Positions 18,852 to 29,124 of a stretch of 64,000 nt of DNA are shown in pieces. Made by a program: the position numbers and the translations under genes. Position 1 is the first letter of the stretch; each line of letters starts with the position of its first letter. The stretch is from a virus, in IMG/VR virus record IMGVR_UViG_3300044451_000434, positions 32,001 through 96,000 of that record; one strand, given 5' to 3'. The notes under the pieces are model-generated. The model made no database searches, had not been told where the DNA came from, and saw nothing but the letters and a program-made list of their open reading frames with translations.

Positions 18852-20083
18852 GAGTTCCTCCAGTAGGAGGCATCTCCGAACGCATTCTTCCTATCCTTGG
18901 GATCTGAAAATCCTCTGTAGGAAGGCAGGGGGCTATCATCTTCTGTCTTTATATTGTTTCCAAGACCTGCAAAATCTATTCCCTCAGCAACAAGATCAAA
19001 TCTAGTTATAGACATATCTATGCACTCATTTGGTACACTCGGATAGAAAGCAGCAATACCATCAGAAGTAAGAACTCCATCCGATATCAGTGGTTCGAAT
19101 TCTGCTTTGTAAACTCCAGCATCGGCATCTTCAGCAGACATAATCGAAGAGAACTTTTTGACACCTCGGGTTACCATATGAGCCATAATCTTGTCATTAT
19201 CTGAACCCAAGGCTCCTATAGAGCCAAGTTGTATAAGTCTCTTGACGCGCTCAGGCTGAAAAAACTTGAATCTAACCACCAACTTTTCTATTTCTTTTTC
19301 CTCACCAACCTCAAGAGCATCTATGTCGTCTGGAGTAGCCGCCCTACCCGACGGCATCACAATAACTTGTGAAGATATAACGGGGTACCCATTAAACCTA
19401 GGCGGATCTATTTCTAATGTTTCATCATTATCTTCGCCACTAGCGATCTTTACTTTAATGCTTGCTGAGTATGAAGGTGGTCGATAATTGGCCAAAACAT
19501 CGAGACTCATGGTTTCACTTCGCCCAAAAAAAGTCAAAACTTCTGCAAAAACCTGCTTTTGACCAGATGATGGACTGAGCACCCAAGGAACCAAAAATTC
19601 ATCCTTAGCGAAAAAAATAGGCCTGAATGCAGAAGCAAGATTGTTGTTTGTTATGGCGGATTTTTGACCAACCGCTATCCAGTCAGAGAACGCGACATCA
19701 TTCTCATTTTTAAGCCTTACTGCATATGTGCCAGGAGTTCCTATGATGCTGAGCATTACCATGCAATCTTCAACCTCTGCCACGAAACCGCCTTCACCAC
19801 TCGTGTCTATAAGTCTTGAGACATAATCCTTAGAAACACGCATCTTTAGAAATTCAGAATCAGAACTTGGAATCAACGAAGAGTTAAGAACATCCGTCAT
19901 CATACACTGACTAAAGGAAGACTTAGATTTAGGCGCCACTGGAACTATCTTACATGCAGAAGAGGCAATAACACAATCAAGACCAGAGCCATTCATAACG
20001 AACGATGTCAATCCCCCAGTCCAGTCGGAGACTGATCCAAGAGAAAAAGATTCTGGTCTAATTGGCGTTGGCATGGCTGTCAA
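18848..20083 (-). CDS. Hypothetical virion protein (411 aa) with Ig-like unit
   Basis: Contains YAVRLKNEND..FSDW...PWVLSPSSGQKQVFAEV, related to the Ig-like unit in neighbouring genes. 4-nt overlaps. Confidence 0.5.
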   Translation of the reverse strand: MTAMPTPIRPESFSLGSVSDWTGGLTSFVMNGSGLDCVIASSACKIVPVAPKSKSSFSQCMMTDVLNSSLIPSSDSEFLKMRVSKDYVSRLIDTSGEGGFVAEVEDCMVMLSIIGTPGTYAVRLKNENDVAFSDWIAVGQKSAITNNNLASAFRPIFFAKDEFLVPWVLSPSSGQKQVFAEVLTFFGRSETMSLDVLANYRPPSYSASIKVKIASGEDNDETLEIDPPRFNGYPVISSQVIVMPSGRAATPDDIDALEVGEEKEIEKLVVRFKFFQPERVKRLIQLGSIGALGSDNDKIMAHMVTRGVKKFSSIMSAEDADAGVYKAEFEPLISDGVLTSDGIAAFYPSVPNECIDMSITRFDLVAEGIDFAGLGNNIKTEDDSPLPSYRGFSDPKDRKNAFGDASYWRNS

Positions 20084-23000
20084 GAATCATACAAAGGCCT
20101 AGAACCACCTTCGCCGTCAACAGAAGACCACCTTCCAGAAGACGAATCGTAGGTCGAAAATCTGCACTCCGAACGGAAACCCGAAGGGTTATCTACACTA
20201 TATGAACTTCCTGCCCTCCCATCCTGCCAAGATATATAGAACAAGCCTAAATCAGAACCCGCTACACTCGGGTTTTTTGCATCAGATTGCAGGGAAGACA
20301 GGTATGATATTCTTCCGTCAACCCCTGACCAACTGATAGATCTTAAAAAATAAGAAGATGGATCGCACATTATCTCGGTATCACCTGAATCAAGTTGTTC
20401 AATAGAATTTGAGATTTTGGCTTCAACAGACACATAGTACCTAGTGTGAGGCAATATAGAAAGTCTCTGCAATTCAGAAACTCTTAAACTTGGTTCTATT
20501 ATTTCTGAAGAAATTGAAGACATGTCAGCAAAAGCAGATTGAACACTCGAAGGTGGGGAAAATCTAGGTATGAAACTAGCTGATATGGTGTTGCCTGGAT
20601 AGCACACAACGCCACCAGAGGGGAACGATCCCCTGCCCGCGTCCCAATAGGTGGGATAATTTAACGAATCAAACACAGCAATTGGATTTTTCTTTTCAGC
20701 ATCAGTGAATATTTTTGCCGTGAAATGAACCAATTTATTTTCAGAACCCCTATTTGTGTAAGAGGCTGGAACAGAACATCTTTGCTGCTTGACAAAAGGA
20801 CAGAATATGTAACCTTTCTTTTTTATAGACTGAGCTTGACCTGCAGCAGTTACAACTCTTATTTGGGTGTACATAGATTCAGATTTCTTTTTTACTCTGA
20901 AATCTATGGTGCGAAGATTTGCGCTGAGAGTAATGTATTCGCCATCAGCAAATCTTATGGCCCTTGATCCAGCAGACTCCCATTGCGTACCAGGCAGGCC
21001 AAGAATCCCATCAGTAACAGCCAAATCCGAAGGAGTGGCGACTATTGCAACTATTGGCGCAGAAAATGTTATTGTCGACTGAACAAATTCTTCCACATCT
21101 ATCGTGTTTCCAGAATGTATGACCTGTGTAGGTGCATGTATTATAAAAGATCTATATTGAGAACCAAATGCAAACCCTGCGATAGAAGTAACACCAGATG
21201 GCAGGGAGAGGTTAGAGGTTATCTCCCCGTTGATGAGACTTACATAGTCTGAAGGTTGCCTGCTTGGGAAAGACACAGGAGCAGAACCGGCACTTTCCTG
21301 CACAACAACAAGCCTGATACTTGCAGTTGTCACTGTTGGATTCGTTCCTGTGAGAACTCCTATTATAGATTGCCATGTGCTTTCATTTGACGAATCTAGT
21401 TGCTCCACATTTGGTCCTGATTTTTGACTTATGATGCCAACAGACTCCTGTTGAGTTGCAGAAACCATGGGCTGCAACTCAAGCTCCCATCTAATTACGC
21501 CCTGATTTTTTATATCTTGCGGTATTGAATCAAACTGGATTTCATAATCGTTAGATGCATCGAGTGCCTGACCCTCAGAACTTAATGTGTTTCCATTCAG
21601 AAGCCAGCCATTAGGATTTTGCGTTGATGATGCTTGATATAAAAGTTGTGAGCCGTCCTCAAGATAGAAATTGACAACAAACTTGAATGTTGATGTCTGT
21701 GTTGGTCTAACCGTAGCAAATACTCCACACCTAAAAAATCTAGTGGGCAAATATGGATCATAAGGATCAGCATCAAAAGTTCTTATGAAACCGACCGCCC
21801 TGTCTAGCAGGCAGCCGTCGGATATGTCTGGATCTTTACTACTGCTTACTGATGCTGCTATTCTTGAATTATTGCCGTTCCTTTCCTGCCATGCAACAAG
21901 CAGGCGCCCATCGCCATCAGCGGAAATAGACGGAACATTCGAAACATGATTGGGCCTAGATATAGCCTGTGAAACCTTCATAGCCTCATCCCAGTCTCTC
22001 ATCGAACATACATTTATCTGCCATGTGCCTGTTTCATTACTTTCATAGGCGACATGCAACTTTGCCAATTTATCAACAACTATGGCTGGACTCCGCTGAA
22101 TGCCTTCTCCTTGCCCAATCCTTGACACCGACAGCCCACCTGTAGTGAAAGGACTACCAAACTGACACACAGCAGGGAGCGCGAACACATACATTTCATC
22201 AACACTCTGTAGAGTGAATTCGTCATTCGCATACTCGGATGCAACGGCAGATACATGTTCTATAGCTATATTGCTTCTGAATGGATCTTTGTATGTATCC
22301 ACAATAAGGTCATTAATTTCTACAGTAATATTGGAGTTCTTCTGATATTTCAATACTCTTCTTGACAAGTTAGGTGCTGAAAGATAAACACGGAAGGGCC
22401 CTTGGAAGCAAACTATTGGGGTAGAACCTGCAACATCTTGCTCAGCTTCGCCACCTTGAATTAAATAACCATCAGCGTTAACAACTTTGGGGCTTTCAGT
22501 CGGATCAACTAAAGATGTGGCAAGAGATTTTGCGTCTGGTACATCAAAGCCGTCACCGTTTACTGCATGGTGATCTGACCGCAGATACAATTCAGAGCCT
22601 AGCGACAAGAATGTACCTGATGGCAGCGACAATGAGGCGCCCCAACTGACAAGTTGTCCGTCTTCCCTTAAGGCGACGCAATAGTTGCTGCCGCAACTCA
22701 CCGCGACAAATCTACCAGAAGGCAGCGAAGAAAGATCATGCCCACCAGGGGGCTCAACTCCGATGAATACAAGATTGCCTGTGCCATCCACACATACGGC
22801 AAAAGTAGAACCCACGGAAATGTCTCTCCACGAAGATCCTCGTGATGTAAGATCCGATGTAAAAGCCTCAACCACTGCGTCCTGTAATTCGACGTCAGGA
22901 GAATAAACTTCCTCAATCCTAACAAACCCCCTTAATATACCTGAATCTGAAATCATCAACATGATCAGCAAATAATTTAAACCATCATAACTGCTATGAG

Positions 23001-26000
23001 CGGCATTGGTCACCAAGGCAAGACAGCCACTATCCAAAGCATCACTAAAGAATTGTTTCAAGTCATCCGAAGATCCATCGGTTTGCAATTTGCCTTCGGA
23101 ATTAACATAAGCACAGCCATTGTCTGTTTCTGATATTTTAATATTCGCGGCACGCTTCTGATATAGTGGGTGGAGAGCAGAAAGACGAAGACTGCCGACA
23201 CCGGGAGTCAATTTGGCTGTTATTCCCATAAAATCATTTGTGCTTACCCTGACTATCTTGGCGCCCTGATCTCCGCCAAAAAACAAGAACGGACTGACCA
23301 TATCGACTGGACAAACTAGCGAACCGTCACCCCTATATGGCTCTATCCGCTTGGCACGCAAAAATATAGAATATTCAGTAGAGTCAGCAAACACTGCGCT
23401 TTGACTTATAGACCCAATTCCTCCGTGACCAATTTTGCCTCTGCGTACTTGATGCATCCATTGAAAATTGTAACTATCAGATTGATAAATCGAAGGAGAA
23501 AATTGGAAGTCAGAAGACGCATTCGGCTGAAGAACTACTGCTCTCGATTGACCTCCCTGCCTTGCAAACGACAGACCAGAATACATAAAACCTGTTGGTG
23601 ACGCCAACCAGTCATCAACTGCAGAAAAATTGAAAGCCATATTGATCCAGTCACCGGGATCTGAAGTCGCGCTCAAATAGTCTATGTTGCGAGCCTGTTC
23701 AAAAGAATTGGTCTGCTGAACAAATCCGCTTGGCATGCTCATGTCAAAAGCACTTAATTGAGAACCATTCGCCATAGACAACTTATTATCCGATATGTCT
23801 ATGGAACTTATTCTCACAGCAAATCTGCCTGCTGCCAAACCATTTCTGTAGCCAACGTCGTGATGGCGGAACCAAGATATCGAAGATATGAAAGACCCGA
23901 AACACAGGTCAAATTGTCTGCGACCATCAGAAACATCCACACGCCAATCGTGAGAGATTTGCGGGTCTCCGTTCGCCATGCAAAAAATCATGTTTCTGTG
24001 TGCTAACGGGACAAGATCTTCAGCTTTCTCTGGCCCTTCAAACCTGAGGGGATCAAGGTGTGCTCTAGATGTGCGTATGGCATGTTCGTGGTCTTTTATT
24101 AGCATGGATCCAACAGTCAACCTAAACTGTTTGGAAACATCTATGATGTGGCTTGACTCATGAATTTCAAACGCATATGGAACGCCGCCATTCCCAGATG
24201 AAGATTCGCTAGACACACAATATGCAACAACCTTTGCACGACCAGTATATGCTGTTCTCACCAACCCCTCATAATATCTATCACAAGACCCGCCAGCAGA
24301 CATAACTTCATTACACAAGTCATCCCAAGTTTGCGTATTCCTTGCAAAGAATCTGACTGTCTCAAGCATTACGCCAACAGTGTAATGACAAACCACCCCG
24401 TCGACACCATCAGCGGCAGGTCTTGTAAATGTCGATAAAGATGGAGTTCTCCAATACGATCCAACCATATCAGAACACTGAAGATTGAAGGAACTTGAAC
24501 CGCCACTTTCTAGGTATCCTAGTCCTGAAGTCTGAACAACCCCACTAGGGTTGTAGTGTATGTCGTTCAGTCGCAAACTAGAAATCAGCGGAATGAAGTC
24601 TGAAAATTCTCTTGCGCTCTTTCCTACTGACATGACGTTGTTATCAAAATTAAACAAACCATCATCTCGAACACTGAAGCCTCTCAAGAAATTCTTAAAT
24701 TCATCGTCCACTGCATCTTCAGAAGAATTTCTCAAGAATGCGCCTGTGCTAGGCATCTTTGTGTACACAAGCGCGTATTGCCAGTATTCTGATTGAGCAA
24801 TAGTAATTACAGCACTTCTTGCTGCATGCTTGACGAGTATTGAAGAATAAAATGTAGATGCATTATCTAAAGTCCTACTTGACAGAGATGCATGACGGCC
24901 CAAAACAGTACCGCGATCTGTTTCAACACCTAATATGTCTGTTGTAAATGATATAGAACATGTAGTTGGTCTATAATCTGGAGGTATTGCAACTAGATGG
25001 GCCGCTATGTAATCACCGACCCTGAAACCCGAAAGTTTGTTAGTGTCATCAGCCAATTCCGTATTTACAAAGATTCTATCTTGCTCGCCCCTGAAGAACG
25101 GAGATGTCCCATAGAAATCAGTTCTGATTTGCACTCCATCGCTAGCAGAAAAAACATCGGATATGACTGGATTGATTATTATTGCAGAGCCAGGCAGTAT
25201 GTGGGCATCAAATGAAAACGATGGCTGTATATCAATGTCTGCATCAACCATGTAGCCTATCGACTTATGTGTTCCATCAAACTGCCTTCCTGAATCATCA
25301 GTGTAGTATGGAATAATTGCGCAACATTTTGATTGAAGCGGACTGTAATCTAGGCACACCGAGTCTGACCTTGGCATTGCCACGGATGCCCCTGCATCTG
25401 CAACCTTTATCCACCCCGTCCTAATTGATATTGGAGTCGAGGATGCGGCAACAATCAACCTCACCTGGAAAATGTCGTCAACAGGATGAAGCATTAAGGA
25501 GAAATCAAAACTCTTCTTATCCGAAGAGAGTGTGAATTCGCCATTTGAAAAACTTGCACTACCTGCTCTGCTTGGGAATGTTATACCTGTAGGACTAAAT
25601 ATTTTGTCAGTGAAAGACATCTCAGACTTCTGCCCTGCTATTGACAATATAACTCCATTGAAAGATATTCTGCCACTGTATTGCTGATTTGAAGTATTGG
25701 CAGATGGGTCTATATGGAGGATAACAGTCTCGACTAGGTCTCCATTTGAGACTTGTTGAAATTGTGCTATATTCCCATCCGTGTCGAGCACATTGGAAAT
25801 AAAAGAACTTGGGTTATCTCCATCAAACATAATATTAAATGGACAGGCTCCCAAAAACTCTCTTTTTATATATGCGGAAGAAGACGGTATCACATTACGC
25901 AAAAAGTTTGAAGAGTTGAACGGCAACTCTAAAATTCCACTTGAAGACTCGAGCGACAGCACGGATGACACGCGTTTTTCTGGCGCAACAATAGGGCTTG

Positions 26001-28062
26001 TGTCTTCAGATGATGATCTACAGAAATCGGCAACAAGCGCTTTAGATGAAAATATAGGAGAATCTGGACCTATGACGGCATACGCAACAAAAGTGCCATC
26101 TCCGACATCTCGCTCCCAAGCTATATGCATGTTCCCATATCTATCATCAAACACGCGTGGGCGCCTATTATCTCCATTATAAGTCAGTTGCAGCCAAGAT
26201 CCGTTGGATGCCCGTTCCTTATCTATTGGAAGCTCAGAGTACATAAACAATTGGTTAAAGCTATCGACTTGACTCTGACACAACACGCGACAAGATGACG
26301 ATATGGCCGGATAAACACAGGATGCGGGTTGTCCAAGATTATCCTCACGAACATTCAAAGAAATTTCTGACACGGAGGCTGCTTCACTTTCCAAGCCAGA
26401 CAAGAACGCAACATGAACGCACGGGATGTCATCGGAAATGACTATGCCGCCCGGTCTGTTTATGCCAGGGCAAGCCTGAAGCCTCACTGAGTCTGAGCTA
26501 GATTTGACGTAAGAAAATACAGTACCCCTGAAGGGACCACTCAAGAATGCGAGCGTACCCATGTCGCTGACGCCATGTTCAGATAAATCTTTTATCGTGG
26601 TACACCTGAAAGTTGCCGATGCTCCACTGAATTGCTGAACAGTTATGGCGTTGCCACCCAAACTACTGAGAACCTGCCCAGCAAGAAGAGAGAACCTAGA
26701 CTCAGAATATACATCTATTCTATCATTAATAATTTCTGCATAAATCCCTGAAGACTTCAAGACGATGTCTTCGTTTATCTGGTCAGCAAGTGATTGCAAG
26801 GCAGAAGGAGACCATATTGCACTGAGAGATATCTCCTGACTTTCACGCAACCTTATAACTATAGCGGCGACTCCAGATGGATTTTGGTTTGGACGCACGG
26901 AATGCGTGAAGGCGGGAGGCTTAATAATCAGTCCACGTCCAATTGCCGCCGGCATCACCTTGGCTGCAGAAGATGAACTTGCCACAAAAACCTGTGTCAC
27001 AGGCATAGACTGCCTCACCGAGACATCGCAATCGCTAGCCTGCGAAGATTCTTCTATGTATGGCTTGCAGTATGAAACCCAAGCACCATGATTGAAGATA
27101 TTCAAACCCCTGTCATCCGAATCATGTGCAGGAAAAAGAGATGAATAAGACTGAGACTTAGGATCGAAGAATTTTGCAGCAACCGACACATGGTCGATGA
27201 GATTACACCCACCAGATATGGATGCAAACTTGCTGCTGAAACCTTCACCGACACTTATATATTGCGAGTCTAAATGTGTAAGTTCTTGCTCGGTTTCAGA
27301 CCCATAGGGGTCATACAGCCGACCAACAATAGCCAAATCAGAGCAAGGTGCCTCTTGAGATACAAACCTGAGACCTTGGTCTGGAGATGATGTTGGATCT
27401 AGAACCACACAACCAGGTCTTGCTGGATCATTTGTGGCGGCAAGTGTCCTCAGCACAGAAGGTACAAAGTGCACATCAGATCCACCGTAAAACCAGTTTT
27501 CTTCATTGTCAGATATGTTGATCGGAACACGAACCAATGAATATGCCGACATCTGATCTTGTGAGAAAATTTGGTTGGCGGTGAACTTAAATACAGACCT
27601 GCCTTTCTTGTTGGTGCGACCTGCATATTTCTTTTCTCCGATTCCTATTCTGAAAACTGACGAGGCAGGCCCGTCCACAACGATATTGCACTTGTCGCCA
27701 TGAGCCACAAATTCTGGAGAAGCGCGCACATAAAAATTTTTGCTCTTACCCGTTTTGGGCCTATTAACAAGGGTTGCACATATAGCCTCGGATCCAAATC
27801 CATCTTCCACATGGCAAAATATTGCGAAATCATCGCTAGTCGGACGAACCTTTACAACTCCAACAATAGACGCTGACTCAGCAGTTGATTTATGTAGCCA
27901 TGTCTTACCGCCATCGGTTGAGACTGGCAAAGAACCACCACGAGAGGCATCCTCTATAGAGAATTTGCAACCCACTGCGCCATCAAGATCTAAATTGAAA
28001 TGAACCTCCCTGCCACCTTGGTAAGATTTCACATCAGTAATGTAGAGTTTTGGCTGTTCCAT
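20080..28062 (-). CDS. Giant multidomain virion/tail-tip protein (2660 aa; propeller, RCC1-like repeats, internal domain repeats)
   Basis: Propeller-type motifs (NMHIAWE, KLHVAYES, LLVAWQE, FYISWQDGR), RCC1-like repeats (VAVSCGSNYCVALREDGQLVSWG) and an Asp-box STDGGKTW. Confidence 0.65.
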   Translation of the reverse strand: MEQPKLYITDVKSYQGGREVHFNLDLDGAVGCKFSIEDASRGGSLPVSTDGGKTWLHKSTAESASIVGVVKVRPTSDDFAIFCHVEDGFGSEAICATLVNRPKTGKSKNFYVRASPEFVAHGDKCNIVVDGPASSVFRIGIGEKKYAGRTNKKGRSVFKFTANQIFSQDQMSAYSLVRVPINISDNEENWFYGGSDVHFVPSVLRTLAATNDPARPGCVVLDPTSSPDQGLRFVSQEAPCSDLAIVGRLYDPYGSETEQELTHLDSQYISVGEGFSSKFASISGGCNLIDHVSVAAKFFDPKSQSYSSLFPAHDSDDRGLNIFNHGAWVSYCKPYIEESSQASDCDVSVRQSMPVTQVFVASSSSAAKVMPAAIGRGLIIKPPAFTHSVRPNQNPSGVAAIVIRLRESQEISLSAIWSPSALQSLADQINEDIVLKSSGIYAEIINDRIDVYSESRFSLLAGQVLSSLGGNAITVQQFSGASATFRCTTIKDLSEHGVSDMGTLAFLSGPFRGTVFSYVKSSSDSVRLQACPGINRPGGIVISDDIPCVHVAFLSGLESEAASVSEISLNVREDNLGQPASCVYPAISSSCRVLCQSQVDSFNQLFMYSELPIDKERASNGSWLQLTYNGDNRRPRVFDDRYGNMHIAWERDVGDGTFVAYAVIGPDSPIFSSKALVADFCRSSSEDTSPIVAPEKRVSSVLSLESSSGILELPFNSSNFLRNVIPSSSAYIKREFLGACPFNIMFDGDNPSSFISNVLDTDGNIAQFQQVSNGDLVETVILHIDPSANTSNQQYSGRISFNGVILSIAGQKSEMSFTDKIFSPTGITFPSRAGSASFSNGEFTLSSDKKSFDFSLMLHPVDDIFQVRLIVAASSTPISIRTGWIKVADAGASVAMPRSDSVCLDYSPLQSKCCAIIPYYTDDSGRQFDGTHKSIGYMVDADIDIQPSFSFDAHILPGSAIIINPVISDVFSASDGVQIRTDFYGTSPFFRGEQDRIFVNTELADDTNKLSGFRVGDYIAAHLVAIPPDYRPTTCSISFTTDILGVETDRGTVLGRHASLSSRTLDNASTFYSSILVKHAARSAVITIAQSEYWQYALVYTKMPSTGAFLRNSSEDAVDDEFKNFLRGFSVRDDGLFNFDNNVMSVGKSAREFSDFIPLISSLRLNDIHYNPSGVVQTSGLGYLESGGSSSFNLQCSDMVGSYWRTPSLSTFTRPAADGVDGVVCHYTVGVMLETVRFFARNTQTWDDLCNEVMSAGGSCDRYYEGLVRTAYTGRAKVVAYCVSSESSSGNGGVPYAFEIHESSHIIDVSKQFRLTVGSMLIKDHEHAIRTSRAHLDPLRFEGPEKAEDLVPLAHRNMIFCMANGDPQISHDWRVDVSDGRRQFDLCFGSFISSISWFRHHDVGYRNGLAAGRFAVRISSIDISDNKLSMANGSQLSAFDMSMPSGFVQQTNSFEQARNIDYLSATSDPGDWINMAFNFSAVDDWLASPTGFMYSGLSFARQGGQSRAVVLQPNASSDFQFSPSIYQSDSYNFQWMHQVRRGKIGHGGIGSISQSAVFADSTEYSIFLRAKRIEPYRGDGSLVCPVDMVSPFLFFGGDQGAKIVRVSTNDFMGITAKLTPGVGSLRLSALHPLYQKRAANIKISETDNGCAYVNSEGKLQTDGSSDDLKQFFSDALDSGCLALVTNAAHSSYDGLNYLLIMLMISDSGILRGFVRIEEVYSPDVELQDAVVEAFTSDLTSRGSSWRDISVGSTFAVCVDGTGNLVFIGVEPPGGHDLSSLPSGRFVAVSCGSNYCVALREDGQLVSWGASLSLPSGTFLSLGSELYLRSDHHAVNGDGFDVPDAKSLATSLVDPTESPKVVNADGYLIQGGEAEQDVAGSTPIVCFQGPFRVYLSAPNLSRRVLKYQKNSNITVEINDLIVDTYKDPFRSNIAIEHVSAVASEYANDEFTLQSVDEMYVFALPAVCQFGSPFTTGGLSVSRIGQGEGIQRSPAIVVDKLAKLHVAYESNETGTWQINVCSMRDWDEAMKVSQAISRPNHVSNVPSISADGDGRLLVAWQERNGNNSRIAASVSSSKDPDISDGCLLDRAVGFIRTFDADPYDPYLPTRFFRCGVFATVRPTQTSTFKFVVNFYLEDGSQLLYQASSTQNPNGWLLNGNTLSSEGQALDASNDYEIQFDSIPQDIKNQGVIRWELELQPMVSATQQESVGIISQKSGPNVEQLDSSNESTWQSIIGVLTGTNPTVTTASIRLVVVQESAGSAPVSFPSRQPSDYVSLINGEITSNLSLPSGVTSIAGFAFGSQYRSFIIHAPTQVIHSGNTIDVEEFVQSTITFSAPIVAIVATPSDLAVTDGILGLPGTQWESAGSRAIRFADGEYITLSANLRTIDFRVKKKSESMYTQIRVVTAAGQAQSIKKKGYIFCPFVKQQRCSVPASYTNRGSENKLVHFTAKIFTDAEKKNPIAVFDSLNYPTYWDAGRGSFPSGGVVCYPGNTISASFIPRFSPPSSVQSAFADMSSISSEIIEPSLRVSELQRLSILPHTRYYVSVEAKISNSIEQLDSGDTEIMCDPSSYFLRSISWSGVDGRISYLSSLQSDAKNPSVAGSDLGLFYISWQDGRAGSSYSVDNPSGFRSECRFSTYDSSSGRWSSVDGEGGSRPLYDS

Positions 28063-28064
28063 GG

Positions 28065-29123
28065 TCAGTTCAAAGCCTCCGACATTCGCTTTCTAACCGC
28101 AGCAAGCGAAAACATTTCTTCGGCCCTTTTTTTTGCATTTTTTGCCTTTTGGGATGCAATGTCATAGTATTTTTCAACAGCTTCAGCGACTGCCCTCCCC
28201 ACCGACTCCGATGTAATAACTGGCCAATATTTTGAAGAAAATTGCGGGTATCCATCCATAGAAGCCTGCTCCAAACCTGATGGTTCTATTACTAGACCGC
28301 AAGAATCGTCAAAAAAATCAGAAATTCCACCCGACCGTGTGCTCAACACGGGAACACCAGCCGCCATGGCCTGAGCAACGGGTAGACAAAATCCCTCACC
28401 CCTTGAAGCGCATAGAAAGGCGTGGCAAGACGAATACAGCCCTGCCATGCTTTTCTCCGTCAACTCACCCTCAACAATCATAAAACGGTTCCTAAGCGAT
28501 TCAGGCACGATCCTGACCACCTCCGCACGTGCGGCATGGGGTCTGTCTGTCTTTAAGACAAGACAAACCGGATGCCCGGCAGACATAGCGATAGAACATC
28601 CAAGAATTAGTGAAGACCAATTTTTTCTAGCTTTCCAAGCACCCACTGACAATATGACAAAATCGCCTCCATCATAACCCTTGGGATAGGAACGAAAATA
28701 TAGATCTCCGACCATGTGATTTATCACAGAAGATGGTTTTTCTACCCCCGCTTTTTCAAATACTGACTTACAAAACTTGCTTGGATACCAAATGTTGGAA
28801 CATTTTGAGTTTATAGTTTTTATCCAATCTGCAGGAGGATTTTCGCATTCAAATGTGCATATTCCCACCGTCATTTCCGAGCCCTGAGAGAGACCATTCC
28901 ATCTTGGCGGTATAGAGTGCCATATGCTCACTTGGGCGACTCCTGAAAAGTCATGCTGCAATGCTTGGGTGTCTTCATGCGACATCCATGGCTGATTTAT
29001 CATTGGATGCATACTTTTGACCCTAACCTTATGCCCACAAGACCTGAGCACATGTAAATAGCCAAGGGCGGCATGCCCGAACCCCGTGTTGTTTATGAAA
29101 CAGGCATATTCTACTTTAAGCAT
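28065..29123 (-). CDS. Glycosyltransferase, GT-B fold, family GT4 (352 aa)
   Basis: N-terminal TGFGHAA, ARKN, and C-terminal ASRGEGFCLPVAQAMAAGVPVLST (E-x7-E motif with Q at the second position). Confidence 0.9.
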   Translation of the reverse strand: MLKVEYACFINNTGFGHAALGYLHVLRSCGHKVRVKSMHPMINQPWMSHEDTQALQHDFSGVAQVSIWHSIPPRWNGLSQGSEMTVGICTFECENPPADWIKTINSKCSNIWYPSKFCKSVFEKAGVEKPSSVINHMVGDLYFRSYPKGYDGGDFVILSVGAWKARKNWSSLILGCSIAMSAGHPVCLVLKTDRPHAARAEVVRIVPESLRNRFMIVEGELTEKSMAGLYSSCHAFLCASRGEGFCLPVAQAMAAGVPVLSTRSGGISDFFDDSCGLVIEPSGLEQASMDGYPQFSSKYWPVITSESVGRAVAEAVEKYYDIASQKAKNAKKRAEEMFSLAAVRKRMSEALN

Positions 29124-29124
29124 T

